64,000 bases of DNA, taken from assembly GCA_965226885.1 (NCBI GenBank), contig CBDDEL010000016.1, positions 736,001-800,000 of the forward strand. Reading direction: 5' to 3'. Origin of the DNA: Opitutales bacterium. GTDB lineage: Bacteria > Verrucomicrobiota > Verrucomicrobiia > Opitutales > UBA2987. Under the pieces are notes generated by a model. It was not told the origin of the DNA. It was given only the letters and a program-made list of their open reading frames with translations, and ran no database searches. The position numbers and the translations under genes are program-made. Positions 1 through 9,525 of the stretch are shown piece by piece (positions within the stretch are counted from its first letter, which is position 1; each line of letters starts with the position of its first letter).

Positions 1-1212
1 CGGGAAAGCCTGCAAAAGATAATTTCAATCTGTTGCGACGGGCAAATCCCCGTCACCATAAGGGGCGGCGGGACCGGCAATTACGGCCAATGTATTCCGC
101 TATACGGGGGTGTCGTTCTCGATCTGGGGGGCATGGACCGTATTGTATCGATAAAGGATGGAGTGGCCAGGGTAGAACCGGGGGTGCGGCTGGTAACGAT
201 CGAAACCGAGGGGCGTAAACTTGGCTGGGAGCTGCGCTGCATGCCTTCTACCTTTGTCAAAAGCAGTGTTGCCGGTTTTCTCTGCGGCGGCTCCGCCGGA
301 ATCGGTTCGGTCACCTGGGGAGGGATCAACAACGACGACAATATAAAATCGATCACCTTAATGACGATCGAGGAAAAGCCGCGCCTCCTGAAGTTCAGGG
401 AGCGCGAATGCATGACATCCCTGCACACTTACGGAACGACCGGGATTCTGGTAGAGGCCGAGATCCGGCTGGCTCCCAAAGTGCCTTACGACCAGCACAT
501 CTTTATCGATTCCGATTGGGACAAATTACTCGACTGGGCCGATTCCATAGCTCAAAACCCGGCCATCCGCAAAAGGCTGGTGACGCAGTTTGAATGGCCC
601 ATCCCTTCCTATTTTCTGCCCCTGCGGCGATTCCTGCAAGAAGGCTTTCATTGCGTTTTTCTGTTGGTCGACAGGGAGCAAAGCGATGAAGTCAAGAAAA
701 GCGCCGAAAACATGGGCATTCGCCACACCCATACCATCGAATACAGGGAGCCATTGCGCCCCCCCTATCTGACGGACTACACCTGGAACCACACCACCCT
801 CTGGGCCATTAAAAAAGACAGCAAACTGACCTACAGCCAATTGAATCTGGGGGAAAATTTTCGAGGAAAAATCCGTTGCCTGTGGAATCGATTTCCGGGA
901 GAGATCATGATGCACCTGGAATGGATTAAGGGAATCCCCAAGTCTCAAAACACATATAGCGGCATCTTTTGCGGGTGCATGCCCCTGATCCGATTCCGAT
1001 CCGATGAGCGCCTGCGGGAAATTTCCCGTTACTGCCGTGAAATCGGGATTTTCGAGGCCAATCCGCATACTTTTTATCTGGAAGACGGCGCCGCCCATCC
1101 AGATATTGAAACCAAGCGGCAGCTCAAAACGGAAACGGATCCACTCGGCATTCTTAACCCCGGCAAAATGAGGACCTATCAAACCAATCCCTTCGAACCA
1201 ACTCCTGTCTGA
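1..1212 (+). CDS. FAD-binding oxidoreductase (FAD_binding_4/VAO-type), paralog 1, 5'-truncated by window edge
   Basis: Frame is open from base 1 (RESLQKIISICCDGQIPVTIRGGGTGNYGQCIP). It has the RGGGTG FAD loop, GFLCGGSAGIGS, WNHTTLWA and C-terminal DPLGILNPGK motifs. Confidence 0.9.
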   Translation, partial: RESLQKIISICCDGQIPVTIRGGGTGNYGQCIPLYGGVVLDLGGMDRIVSIKDGVARVEPGVRLVTIETEGRKLGWELRCMPSTFVKSSVAGFLCGGSAGIGSVTWGGINNDDNIKSITLMTIEEKPRLLKFRERECMTSLHTYGTTGILVEAEIRLAPKVPYDQHIFIDSDWDKLLDWADSIAQNPAIRKRLVTQFEWPIPSYFLPLRRFLQEGFHCVFLLVDREQSDEVKKSAENMGIRHTHTIEYREPLRPPYLTDYTWNHTTLWAIKKDSKLTYSQLNLGENFRGKIRCLWNRFPGEIMMHLEWIKGIPKSQNTYSGIFCGCMPLIRFRSDERLREISRYCREIGIFEANPHTFYLEDGAAHPDIETKRQLKTETDPLGILNPGKMRTYQTNPFEPTPV

Positions 1213-1229
1213 AACCAATTTTTCTGAGA

Positions 1230-2639
1230 ATGTTTAAAAATATGCCTGTTTCCATCAACGAAAACGTATTGACTGCATTTCGTGATGCGGCGGGGGAAAA
1301 TAATCTCCTCTCCCGGGTGGAAGATATAGAAAAGATTTCCAAGGATTTTTACTGGTATTCTCCCATTCTGCACCGGCAACTGAAGGACAAGAGAGCCAAC
1401 CTCGGCATCCGCATAAGCGACCTGGGTACGTTGAAAAAAGTAATCTCCCTATGCTGCCAAAATAAAATACCCCTGCAAGTGAGGGGAGCCGGCACGGGAA
1501 ACTATGGGCAATTGATTCCTCTACACGGCGGGGTCGTTCTCGATCTTGCGGGCTTAAACCGCTTGATCTCCCTCGACGTCGAAAATGGGGTGGTCCGGGC
1601 CGAGCCAGGTGCGCGGCTGGGCACGATTGAAACAGAAGCCCTCAAAACCGGCTGGGAATTGCGTTGCATGCCTTCGACCTGGGTCAAAAGCTCGCTCGGC
1701 GGATTCCTTTGCGGCGGGTCGGCCGGGATCGGGTCCATTACTTACGGCGGGCTAGATAACAAGGACAACATCAAGTCGGTCTCCCTCCTGACCATTGAAG
1801 AGGAGCCCCGGCTGCTCTGTTTCGAGGAACGGGAATGCATCAAAGCGCTGCACACTTACGGAAGCACCGGCATATTGGTGGAGGCGCAGATGCGTTTGGG
1901 CAAGAAAGTGCCCTACGAGCAGCATATCTTCATTTCCAAGGATTGGAACCAACTGACGGAGTGGGCCTTCAAGGTGGCCTGCGACAATACTTTGCGCAAA
2001 CGCGAGATCGCCCAATTCGAGTGGCCCATGCCTTCTTTTTTCCTGCCCTTGCGTAAATATGTTCCCGTTGGTTGCCACTGCATGTTCCTGCTGGTGGACG
2101 AGGCGCAGTCGCAACAAGTGATTAACGACGCCGCTCAATCGGGCATTGATCACACCCACAAACTGTTGTTTCGAGAACCCCCGCGACCTCCCTATCTGAC
2201 GGATTATACCTGGAATCACACTACTCTGTGGGCCATTAAAAAGGACTCGTCGTTCACCTATCTGCAATTGGGTATGGCGGAAAATTTCGCCGAACAATTG
2301 GAAATCCTGACTAGAAAATATCCCGGCGAAATCTTGCACCATCTGGAATTCACCAAAGGTTACACCAAAATGCGGGCGGTCGATTATGAAATCCTCTGTT
2401 TCGACCTCCCCCTGGTAAAATACAAGAATGAAACCCGCCTGCATGAAATGATGGATTTTTGCCAAGAAATTGGCATATCCTGCGCCAATCCGCATTCCTA
2501 TTTCCTGGAAGAAGGCGGCGGGCACGAAGATATGGATGAGAAACGCCAACTGAAAAAAATCACCGACCCCTTGGGCATCCTCAATCCCGGCAAAATGAAA
2601 TCCTACCCAACCAATCCCTTTTTAACAACCGGCTCATAG
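1230..2639 (+). CDS. FAD-binding oxidoreductase, paralog 2
   Basis: SKDFYWYSP, RGAGTGNYGQ, WNHTTLWA and DPLGILNPGK motifs; clearly similar to both neighbours. Confidence 0.9.
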   Translation: MFKNMPVSINENVLTAFRDAAGENNLLSRVEDIEKISKDFYWYSPILHRQLKDKRANLGIRISDLGTLKKVISLCCQNKIPLQVRGAGTGNYGQLIPLHGGVVLDLAGLNRLISLDVENGVVRAEPGARLGTIETEALKTGWELRCMPSTWVKSSLGGFLCGGSAGIGSITYGGLDNKDNIKSVSLLTIEEEPRLLCFEERECIKALHTYGSTGILVEAQMRLGKKVPYEQHIFISKDWNQLTEWAFKVACDNTLRKREIAQFEWPMPSFFLPLRKYVPVGCHCMFLLVDEAQSQQVINDAAQSGIDHTHKLLFREPPRPPYLTDYTWNHTTLWAIKKDSSFTYLQLGMAENFAEQLEILTRKYPGEILHHLEFTKGYTKMRAVDYEILCFDLPLVKYKNETRLHEMMDFCQEIGISCANPHSYFLEEGGGHEDMDEKRQLKKITDPLGILNPGKMKSYPTNPFLTTGS

Positions 2640-2668
2640 CCAAATTGTTCATTATTCGGACTATCTTT

Positions 2669-4057
2669 ATGGCAAATGCAAAATGTTTACTTCCAGAAAT
2701 CGACGATCGGATGATTTCCAGTTTTCAATCAGTGGTGGGGGAGGAAAATGTTCTCACCGATCATGATAGCGTGGAGAAATTATCCAAAGATTTTTATTGG
2801 TATTCCCCTATTCTGAAAAAACAACTGAAAGACAAACAGGCCGATATCGCCGTAAAAATCAGCGCTCTGGAGGAGTTGCAGGCGGCTGTTTCCATCTGCG
2901 CCAAAAATCGCCTCCCCATCACCCTGCGAGGCGGCGGCACCGGCAATTACGGCCAGTGTATCCCGCTCTACCGGGGGGTGGTGATCGATATCACAAACAT
3001 GAACCGGATTCTTTCCCTGGACAGAGGCGTGGCCAGGGTGGAGCCCGGCGCCCGGCTCTTTACCATTGAAACCGAGGCCCGCAAACTGGGTTGGGAAATG
3101 CGCTGCATGCCAACCACATTTGTCAAAAGCACCATGGGCGGATTTCTCTGCGGCGGTTCCGGGGGCATCGGTTCCATCACCCACGGCATGATCCGCACCG
3201 GGGACAACATGAAATCCGTCACCTTCATGTCGGCGGAGGAGAAACCGCGAATTCGCAAATTCGAGGAAGAGGAAGTTTTGACCACTTTGCACACCTACGG
3301 CACCAACGGCATTCTGGTAGAAGCGGAAATGCGCTTGGCCCCTCAAGTAATTTACGACCAGATGATTTTCGTCTCTCGCGATTGGGAGCGCCTTCTCAAT
3401 TGGACCGATGGAATCGCCCGCGACGAGGCCATCCACAAGCGGCTGGTGTCGATGTTCGAGTGGCCTGTGCCGGTAAATTTCCTGTCCCTGAAAAAATACC
3501 TGCCAGAAGGCTATCACGTCGTTTTCCTGACCGCCAAACAGGAGCAGTGCGCCGATCTCATTGTGGACGCCGAAAAGAACGGCATCGACCACACCCGCAC
3601 CATACCCCATACGGATCCCATGAGACCGCCTTACCTGAGCGATTTCACATGGAACCACACCACCCTGTGGGCCATGAAAAAGGATCCCACTATGACTAAT
3701 TACCAAGTGAGGTTCGGGCCGAATTTTCAGGAACAGATCCGGCTGCTGTGGAAAAAGTTTCCCGGCGAAATTCAAATGCACCTGGAATGGATCAAGGCGG
3801 ACGACGAACCGTTCCTCATCAGCCTTCCCCTCATTAAGTTTTCAACCGAGGAACGTCTGCAAGAAATGGCCAACTACTTCACGGAAATCGGGATAACTAC
3901 GGCGAACCCACACACTTATATTCTGGAGGAAGGCGGCATGCATCCTGACATCGAGAAAAAACGGGCTCTGAAAAAGGAAATGGACCCGCATGGCATTCTT
4001 AATCCGGGTAAAATGGCCACCTACCCCCACAACCCTTTTGCCAAAGCCATGGCCTGA
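2669..4057 (+). CDS. FAD-binding oxidoreductase, paralog 3
   Basis: Same motifs (SKDFYWYSP, RGGGTGNYGQ, DPHGILNPGK). ATG at 2669 preferred over TTG at 2645. Confidence 0.9.
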   Translation: MANAKCLLPEIDDRMISSFQSVVGEENVLTDHDSVEKLSKDFYWYSPILKKQLKDKQADIAVKISALEELQAAVSICAKNRLPITLRGGGTGNYGQCIPLYRGVVIDITNMNRILSLDRGVARVEPGARLFTIETEARKLGWEMRCMPTTFVKSTMGGFLCGGSGGIGSITHGMIRTGDNMKSVTFMSAEEKPRIRKFEEEEVLTTLHTYGTNGILVEAEMRLAPQVIYDQMIFVSRDWERLLNWTDGIARDEAIHKRLVSMFEWPVPVNFLSLKKYLPEGYHVVFLTAKQEQCADLIVDAEKNGIDHTRTIPHTDPMRPPYLSDFTWNHTTLWAMKKDPTMTNYQVRFGPNFQEQIRLLWKKFPGEIQMHLEWIKADDEPFLISLPLIKFSTEERLQEMANYFTEIGITTANPHTYILEEGGMHPDIEKKRALKKEMDPHGILNPGKMATYPHNPFAKAMA

Positions 4058-4098
4058 AAGTGGATTGATGCCCGCGCAAACCGTAAAACTTTAGCATT

Positions 4099-5814
4099 GT
4101 GATCGGCAAAGGACTGGAAAATGCATTTACCGGCGTCGACTTAATAGCGGGGGTCAAGGCCGAGATGCGGGACGGCACCCGGTTGGCAGCGGATATTTAC
4201 CAGCCAACGGCCGATGGAACCTATCCGGTTTTGCTGATGCGCATCCCCTACGGACGGGAGGTCGCTTCCACCCCCACTCTTGCCCACCCCGTTTATTTCG
4301 CCCGCCAGGGGTATATCGTGGTCATTCAGGATGTGCGTGGTCGAGGCGATTCGGAAGGGACGTTCGATCCCTTTCGTCAGGAAGTGAATGATGGCTACGA
4401 CTCCGTCATGTGGGCTTCGGAACTGGAAAAAGCGAGCGGCCAGGTGGGCATGTATGGATTTTCCTACATGGGTTTCACGCAATTGCTGGCGGCGTCGGCC
4501 CGGCCTCCCACGTTGCAGGCCATCGCTCCCATGATGACTGCCTTTGACTGGTATTCGGGGTGGTTCTACCGGGACGGTATATTGCAAGCGTCCAGCGCCC
4601 TTTACTGGATCAGCCAGATGCTCCGGGATGACGCCAAGCGCGCAAAATTGCCCGATTTTATGGATTACGATGATTGCTGGATGCATTTCGGGCGGCTTTG
4701 CTATGAAATGCCGTTGGTGCGGGCCGACCCGATTACCCGGCCCGAAGCGCCCACCTATGGCCGGGAATGGCTGGAACACAGCCGTTACGACGCCTATTGG
4801 AAGGAATTCGACCTCCTTGGCCGGATCGACGAATTGGATGTGCCCATATTTCATGGGTCGGGCTGGTACGATTTTTTCCTGCGGGGCAGCTATGATGGAT
4901 ACAAGGCCATGACGGCCGGGAAATCCGCCCACCGCGAAAACCAATTCATGCTGACCGGCCCCTGGACGCACATGCCGTGGGGTGACACCTTGGGAGACGA
5001 GAACTTTGGACCCGAGGGGAAAATCGATGTATCCGCCCTCCTCGTCCAATGGTTCGATTACTGGCTGAAAGGAATTGAGCCGAAAGACAAACTGCAAGGA
5101 ACGCGGTATTTTATCATGGGGGCAAACCAATGGCGCTCCTCACCCACCTGGCCCCCGCCCGAATCGCAACCGGTGGATTATTTTTTGCATTCACAAGGCT
5201 GCGCCAATTCCCGGTTCGGCGATGGAACCCTGGAGATAGAGCCGGGCACGGGAGTGGAAAATCTTTTCGTCTATGAGCCCGATTATCCAGTGCTGGCTCC
5301 CGGAGGCAATCAAAGCGGGGCGACTTTAGCGGGTCCATTCGACCAATCAGAGGCCCAGCAATACAACAACCTGCTGGTTTATACAACGAAGACCCTACAG
5401 GAAAACATTGTCGTGGTAGGACGTCCTGCCTGCCGTCTTTATGTCCGCAGTTCGGCTCCGGAAACCGATTTCGTGGTCAAGCTGACCCGCGTAACCCAAG
5501 ACGGAAAAGCCCTTTTCCTGACCCTGGGAGCCATTCGCCTCAGCCGGGGAATATGTGACGATAGTGGAGTAACCCAATTGAATATCGAGATGGACGACAC
5601 GGCCTGCCAATTTCAAAAGGGCGAGCGCATCCGCATCGATGTGGCTAGTTCAGCTTTTCCATTGATGATCCGCAACCCGAATACGGGGCTTTCACCGGAA
5701 AGGGTCTCCTCGCCGGCCGAATTTCAACGGGCCATGCAGGTGGTTTACAACGATGCCGAATACCCTTCCAAAGTGATCCTTCCGGTTATGGTTGAGGAAA
5801 ATGGAAACACTTAG
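4099..5814 (+). CDS. CocE/NonD family serine hydrolase
   Basis: MRDGTRLAADIY, QDVRGRGDSEG, nucleophile motif GFSYMG, GWYD, GPWTH and a C-terminal jelly-roll segment (RIRIDVASSAFP). Confidence 0.9.
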   Translation: MIGKGLENAFTGVDLIAGVKAEMRDGTRLAADIYQPTADGTYPVLLMRIPYGREVASTPTLAHPVYFARQGYIVVIQDVRGRGDSEGTFDPFRQEVNDGYDSVMWASELEKASGQVGMYGFSYMGFTQLLAASARPPTLQAIAPMMTAFDWYSGWFYRDGILQASSALYWISQMLRDDAKRAKLPDFMDYDDCWMHFGRLCYEMPLVRADPITRPEAPTYGREWLEHSRYDAYWKEFDLLGRIDELDVPIFHGSGWYDFFLRGSYDGYKAMTAGKSAHRENQFMLTGPWTHMPWGDTLGDENFGPEGKIDVSALLVQWFDYWLKGIEPKDKLQGTRYFIMGANQWRSSPTWPPPESQPVDYFLHSQGCANSRFGDGTLEIEPGTGVENLFVYEPDYPVLAPGGNQSGATLAGPFDQSEAQQYNNLLVYTTKTLQENIVVVGRPACRLYVRSSAPETDFVVKLTRVTQDGKALFLTLGAIRLSRGICDDSGVTQLNIEMDDTACQFQKGERIRIDVASSAFPLMIRNPNTGLSPERVSSPAEFQRAMQVVYNDAEYPSKVILPVMVEENGNT

Positions 5815-5862
5815 CGGTTGCCCTCGCGCGACAAAAAACCAAACTTTTTTTCGTTCACCGAA

Positions 5863-6633
5863 ATGGAGAATGCAAACGATACCCCACTGGTTCGCCTAAA
5901 GAACCTCCATAAGCGCTTCGGCGAGGGCGACACCGTTCTTGAGAACATCGATTTGGAGGCATCGGGGACGGATTTTATCGGTCTGATCGGTCCCAGCGGC
6001 TGCGGAAAATCAACCCTTCTCAAATTGATTTCGGGATTGACTCCGGTGACGGGTGGAAAGCTGGAAGTTAATGGCGGGAGCCCTGCCGCCGCCCGCGACC
6101 GGATGTCATACATCTTCCAGGATGCCACCCTCCTGCCCTGGCTAACCGTTCATAAAAACATTCAAACGACCATGCGCCTGCACGGGATCAACAAGAATGA
6201 ATGCATCCGCGTGGCCGATAAGATGGCGGCCATGGTGGGATTGGAAAAGGTCGTCAATTATTATCCCCGGCAGCTATCGGGGGGGATGCAAATGCGGGTC
6301 TCCATAGCCCGGGCCTTGAGTGTGTCGCCGCAAATCCTCCTTCTAGACGAGCCCTTTGGAGCCCTTGATGAAATGACGCGGGACCACCTCAACGAGGAGC
6401 TTTTAAGAATACGCTCGATGGAGTCATGGACGGCCTTTTTTGTCACCCATTCGGTGGCCGAAGCGGTCTTCCTGTCCACCGAAATAATCGTTTTAACCGC
6501 CAATCCGGGAACCATTTATAAAAAAATTGCCGTCGATTTCCCCTACCCTCGCACCGCTGAAACAAGAGAATCGCCCGAGTTTCAACGCCTGGTGGGGGAA
6601 GTTTCTCATCACTTGCGCTCGGTTGAACGGTAA
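5863..6633 (+). CDS. ABC transporter ATP-binding protein, NitT/TauT family
   Basis: Walker A GPSGCGKST, signature LSGGMQMR, Walker B LLLDEPFGALD, H-loop VTH. Start could be 5818. Confidence 0.92.
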   Translation: MENANDTPLVRLKNLHKRFGEGDTVLENIDLEASGTDFIGLIGPSGCGKSTLLKLISGLTPVTGGKLEVNGGSPAAARDRMSYIFQDATLLPWLTVHKNIQTTMRLHGINKNECIRVADKMAAMVGLEKVVNYYPRQLSGGMQMRVSIARALSVSPQILLLDEPFGALDEMTRDHLNEELLRIRSMESWTAFFVTHSVAEAVFLSTEIIVLTANPGTIYKKIAVDFPYPRTAETRESPEFQRLVGEVSHHLRSVER

Positions 6634-6654
6634 AGAGCCTCGATTTATTTCTTC

Positions 6655-7437
6655 ATGAAAAAGCATTTAGTGTGGATTTTGCCGACCATTACGGGATCCG
6701 TCATCATCGGGATTTGGTATTTTATCATTGTCGTTGGCGGCCAGCCGGACTACGTGCTGCCGTCTCCCTGGCAAATCCTGGAGGCCTGCGTCAATGAGCG
6801 GCATTTGCTGGTTCCGGCGGCTCTGAGGACAGGATTCGCGGCCATCGTCGGGTTTGTCACTGCAGTAGCCGGCGGCAGCCTTATCGGCCTCATCCTGGCC
6901 TCCTCGCGTTGGGTAAAAATGTCGTTTTACCCCTGGGTGCTGGTCATGCAAATGACGCCGCTGATCGTCATCGTGCCTATCTTTGTCCTCTGGTTTGGGG
7001 AAGGGCTGCCCAGCATAACGGCCATTACGTTCGGCATCTGTTTTTTCCCGGTGGTGGCCAATACGACGATGGGCCTCGTCTCCACCGATAAGAATTTGCT
7101 CGATTTATTCAAGATGAGCAACGCCTCCTTTACCCAGGAATTTTTTCTCCTGCGGGCTCCATATGCCCTCCCCTATTTTTTAACCGGAGTAAAGATCGCC
7201 GGTACCTTGGCACCCATTGGCGCCATAACGGGTGACTTTCTGGCGGGAACGGCCTCCACCTATGCCGGTTTGGGTTATCTGGTGCAAAACTACCGCAGCC
7301 AGATTATGACGGCGGAGCTTTTCGCGGTAGCCTTCGTCGGCTGCCTGATCGGGTTCATCTTCGTGTCGGCCGTAAATTTCGTCCATTGGTACTTGCTCCA
7401 CAACTGGCATGAATCCTCCCTTAAAGCCGAACATTAG
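6655..7437 (+). CDS. ABC transporter permease, NitT/TauT family
   Basis: About six hydrophobic segments, LPSP and FFPVVANT motifs, GLGYL. Confidence 0.9.
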   Translation: MKKHLVWILPTITGSVIIGIWYFIIVVGGQPDYVLPSPWQILEACVNERHLLVPAALRTGFAAIVGFVTAVAGGSLIGLILASSRWVKMSFYPWVLVMQMTPLIVIVPIFVLWFGEGLPSITAITFGICFFPVVANTTMGLVSTDKNLLDLFKMSNASFTQEFFLLRAPYALPYFLTGVKIAGTLAPIGAITGDFLAGTASTYAGLGYLVQNYRSQIMTAELFAVAFVGCLIGFIFVSAVNFVHWYLLHNWHESSLKAEH

Positions 7438-8467
7438 AAGATTCCCACTTTGGGTCTTTTGCATTCTGTTTAGCTGTCTGAGTCTCCATTTTTCAGGCTG
7501 CCGGCAAAATCCACGGGCTACCTCTACCCAGGAGGGCCGAATCCTGCATAAGGTTATCATGCAAACCGATTGGTATGCTCAGCCAGAGCACGGCGGTTTC
7601 TACAATGCGCTTATTAAGGGATATTATGAAGAAAATGGTTTGGATGTGGAAATTCGGCAAGGGGGCCCGTCCTCGGTGGGGACGGAGAGGGTGGCCACGG
7701 GCAAAGTCCACTTCAGCCTCAGCTCGACCGATCAAATTAGAATTTTCGTGGAACATGGGCTGCCTCTAATAGTGGTTTACGCTTATATGCAGCGGAGCCC
7801 ACAGGCAATCCTTCTGCATGAGGACAATCCGGTCAACACCTGGAAGGACCTGGATGGTAAGGAAATCATGGCGGCGCCGGGCGCTTCATGGACCTATTTG
7901 CTGCAAAATAAATACGATATTCAGTTTGGCATAATCCCCCTCGATATGGGGATGGGCAGATTCTTGATGGACAAAAATTTCATCCAACAGTGTTTTGTCA
8001 CCAACGAGCCTTATTTTATTCAACAAAAAGGAGTGAAATCGAAAACCATGCTCTTCGCCGATTCTGGTTTCAATCCCTACCGGGTGGTTTTTACGGACCA
8101 AAAGTTTGCCCGCGAATTCCCTGAATTAGTGAGCGCTTTCGTGGCCGCCTCCATGCAGGGCTGGCTCGACTATGTGGAGAACGCTCCGGCCGAAACCAAT
8201 GCTGAGCTTTTACGCCTCAACCCTGCCAATACTCCAGAATTTGTTGAATTTGCCATCAATGCCATGCGGGACTACCAACTAGTCTCCGGCAATCCCGAAG
8301 TGGGAGAATTTCATGCCAGGGTATCTCCTAGGCGGATACAAAGAAATATGCGCGACATGGTGGAAATTGGAGTCATCAAAAAAACGCTCCCGATGGCAGC
8401 CTATCTTTCTAACGAATTTCTTCCAGCGGAGACGCAAAAAGCCATCGCCCGGGCCGAGACCGAATAA
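7409..8467 (+). CDS. ABC substrate-binding lipoprotein, NMT1/THI5-like (1)
   Basis: Lipobox-like FSGC; QTDWYAQPEHGGFY, GLDVEIRQGGP and QCFVTNEPY motifs. Confidence 0.88.
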   Translation: MNPPLKPNIRRFPLWVFCILFSCLSLHFSGCRQNPRATSTQEGRILHKVIMQTDWYAQPEHGGFYNALIKGYYEENGLDVEIRQGGPSSVGTERVATGKVHFSLSSTDQIRIFVEHGLPLIVVYAYMQRSPQAILLHEDNPVNTWKDLDGKEIMAAPGASWTYLLQNKYDIQFGIIPLDMGMGRFLMDKNFIQQCFVTNEPYFIQQKGVKSKTMLFADSGFNPYRVVFTDQKFAREFPELVSAFVAASMQGWLDYVENAPAETNAELLRLNPANTPEFVEFAINAMRDYQLVSGNPEVGEFHARVSPRRIQRNMRDMVEIGVIKKTLPMAAYLSNEFLPAETQKAIARAETE

Positions 8468-8484
8468 ATTTTATCCCATTTTCA

Positions 8485-9525
8485 ATGAACGTAATTAGAA
8501 GAAAAAAGAAATTCCTTTTGGGACTGGTTTTATTACTGGCCGTTATGATTGTAGCGGGCTGCAAGAAAAAACATCACGCCACCGTCCTGAAAGATGGCAA
8601 GGAGCTAACCAAAATCATTCTGCAAACCGATTGGTACGCGCAGGCCGAGCACGGCGGTTTCTACAATGCCCTCTACAAGGGTTTTTATGAAAAGGCCGGT
8701 CTGGAGGTGGAAATTCACCAGGGCGGACCTAATTCCCTGGGGCCGGAACGCGTGGCCACGGGCAAGGCGCATTTTTCAATCACCCGGAGCGTCGAGATAA
8801 TGCTCTACGCTTCCCAAGGCATCCCGCTTATCATTGTTACGGCCTACATGCAGCGCGATCCGCAGGCACTTTTGCTCCATGCAGAAAACCCAGTCAAGAC
8901 CTGGAAAGACCTCGATGGCAAAATCATCATGAGCACTCCCGGAGTCTCCTGGACGATCTATCTGCAAAAGCAATTCGACATTGAGTTCCAAACCATAGCC
9001 GTGGATTACGGACTGGGGCGCTTTTTGACGGACAAGGATTTCATCCAGCAATGCTTCATCACCAACGAGCCTTATTATATGTCGGAAAAGGGCGTTGCGG
9101 TGAAAACCATGCTCATCGCGGATTCGGGTTTCAGCCCTTACAGGGTGGTTTACACCAATCGGAACTTTGCCCGTGAAAACCCAGATGCTGTGCGAGCTTT
9201 CGTAGCCGCCACCATCGACGGCTGGCGCGATTTCATTGAAAACGCACCGGACGAAACCCTACGCAAAATTTCCGAAATCAACCCCCAGATGAAGAGGGAT
9301 TTTATGGCCTATGGCATCAAGGCAATGAGGGAAAACGAACTTGTTGCGGGAAAAGCGGAAAAGGGGGAGCAATCGGGCTTGATCCTTCCCCTTCGCCTGC
9401 AAAAGCAGTTCGAGGAGCTGTTGAACCTGGGTGTAATTAAAAATCGCATTCCGGCTTCCGACTATATGTCGATCGACTACCTGCCCGAGGAACTGAAAAC
9501 GATCGCCCGGCAAAATCAGGATTGA
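8485..9525 (+). CDS. ABC substrate-binding lipoprotein, NMT1/THI5-like (2)
   Basis: Lipobox VAGC; QTDWYAQAEHGGFY and QCFITNEPY motifs. Confidence 0.88.
   Translation: MNVIRRKKKFLLGLVLLLAVMIVAGCKKKHHATVLKDGKELTKIILQTDWYAQAEHGGFYNALYKGFYEKAGLEVEIHQGGPNSLGPERVATGKAHFSITRSVEIMLYASQGIPLIIVTAYMQRDPQALLLHAENPVKTWKDLDGKIIMSTPGVSWTIYLQKQFDIEFQTIAVDYGLGRFLTDKDFIQQCFITNEPYYMSEKGVAVKTMLIADSGFSPYRVVYTNRNFARENPDAVRAFVAATIDGWRDFIENAPDETLRKISEINPQMKRDFMAYGIKAMRENELVAGKAEKGEQSGLILPLRLQKQFEELLNLGVIKNRIPASDYMSIDYLPEELKTIARQNQD

Noticed and set aside
526..5130. Long antisense ORFs (e.g. 2780-3781, 4141-5130)
   Set aside because: Shadow frames of well-supported genes, with no recognisable motifs.
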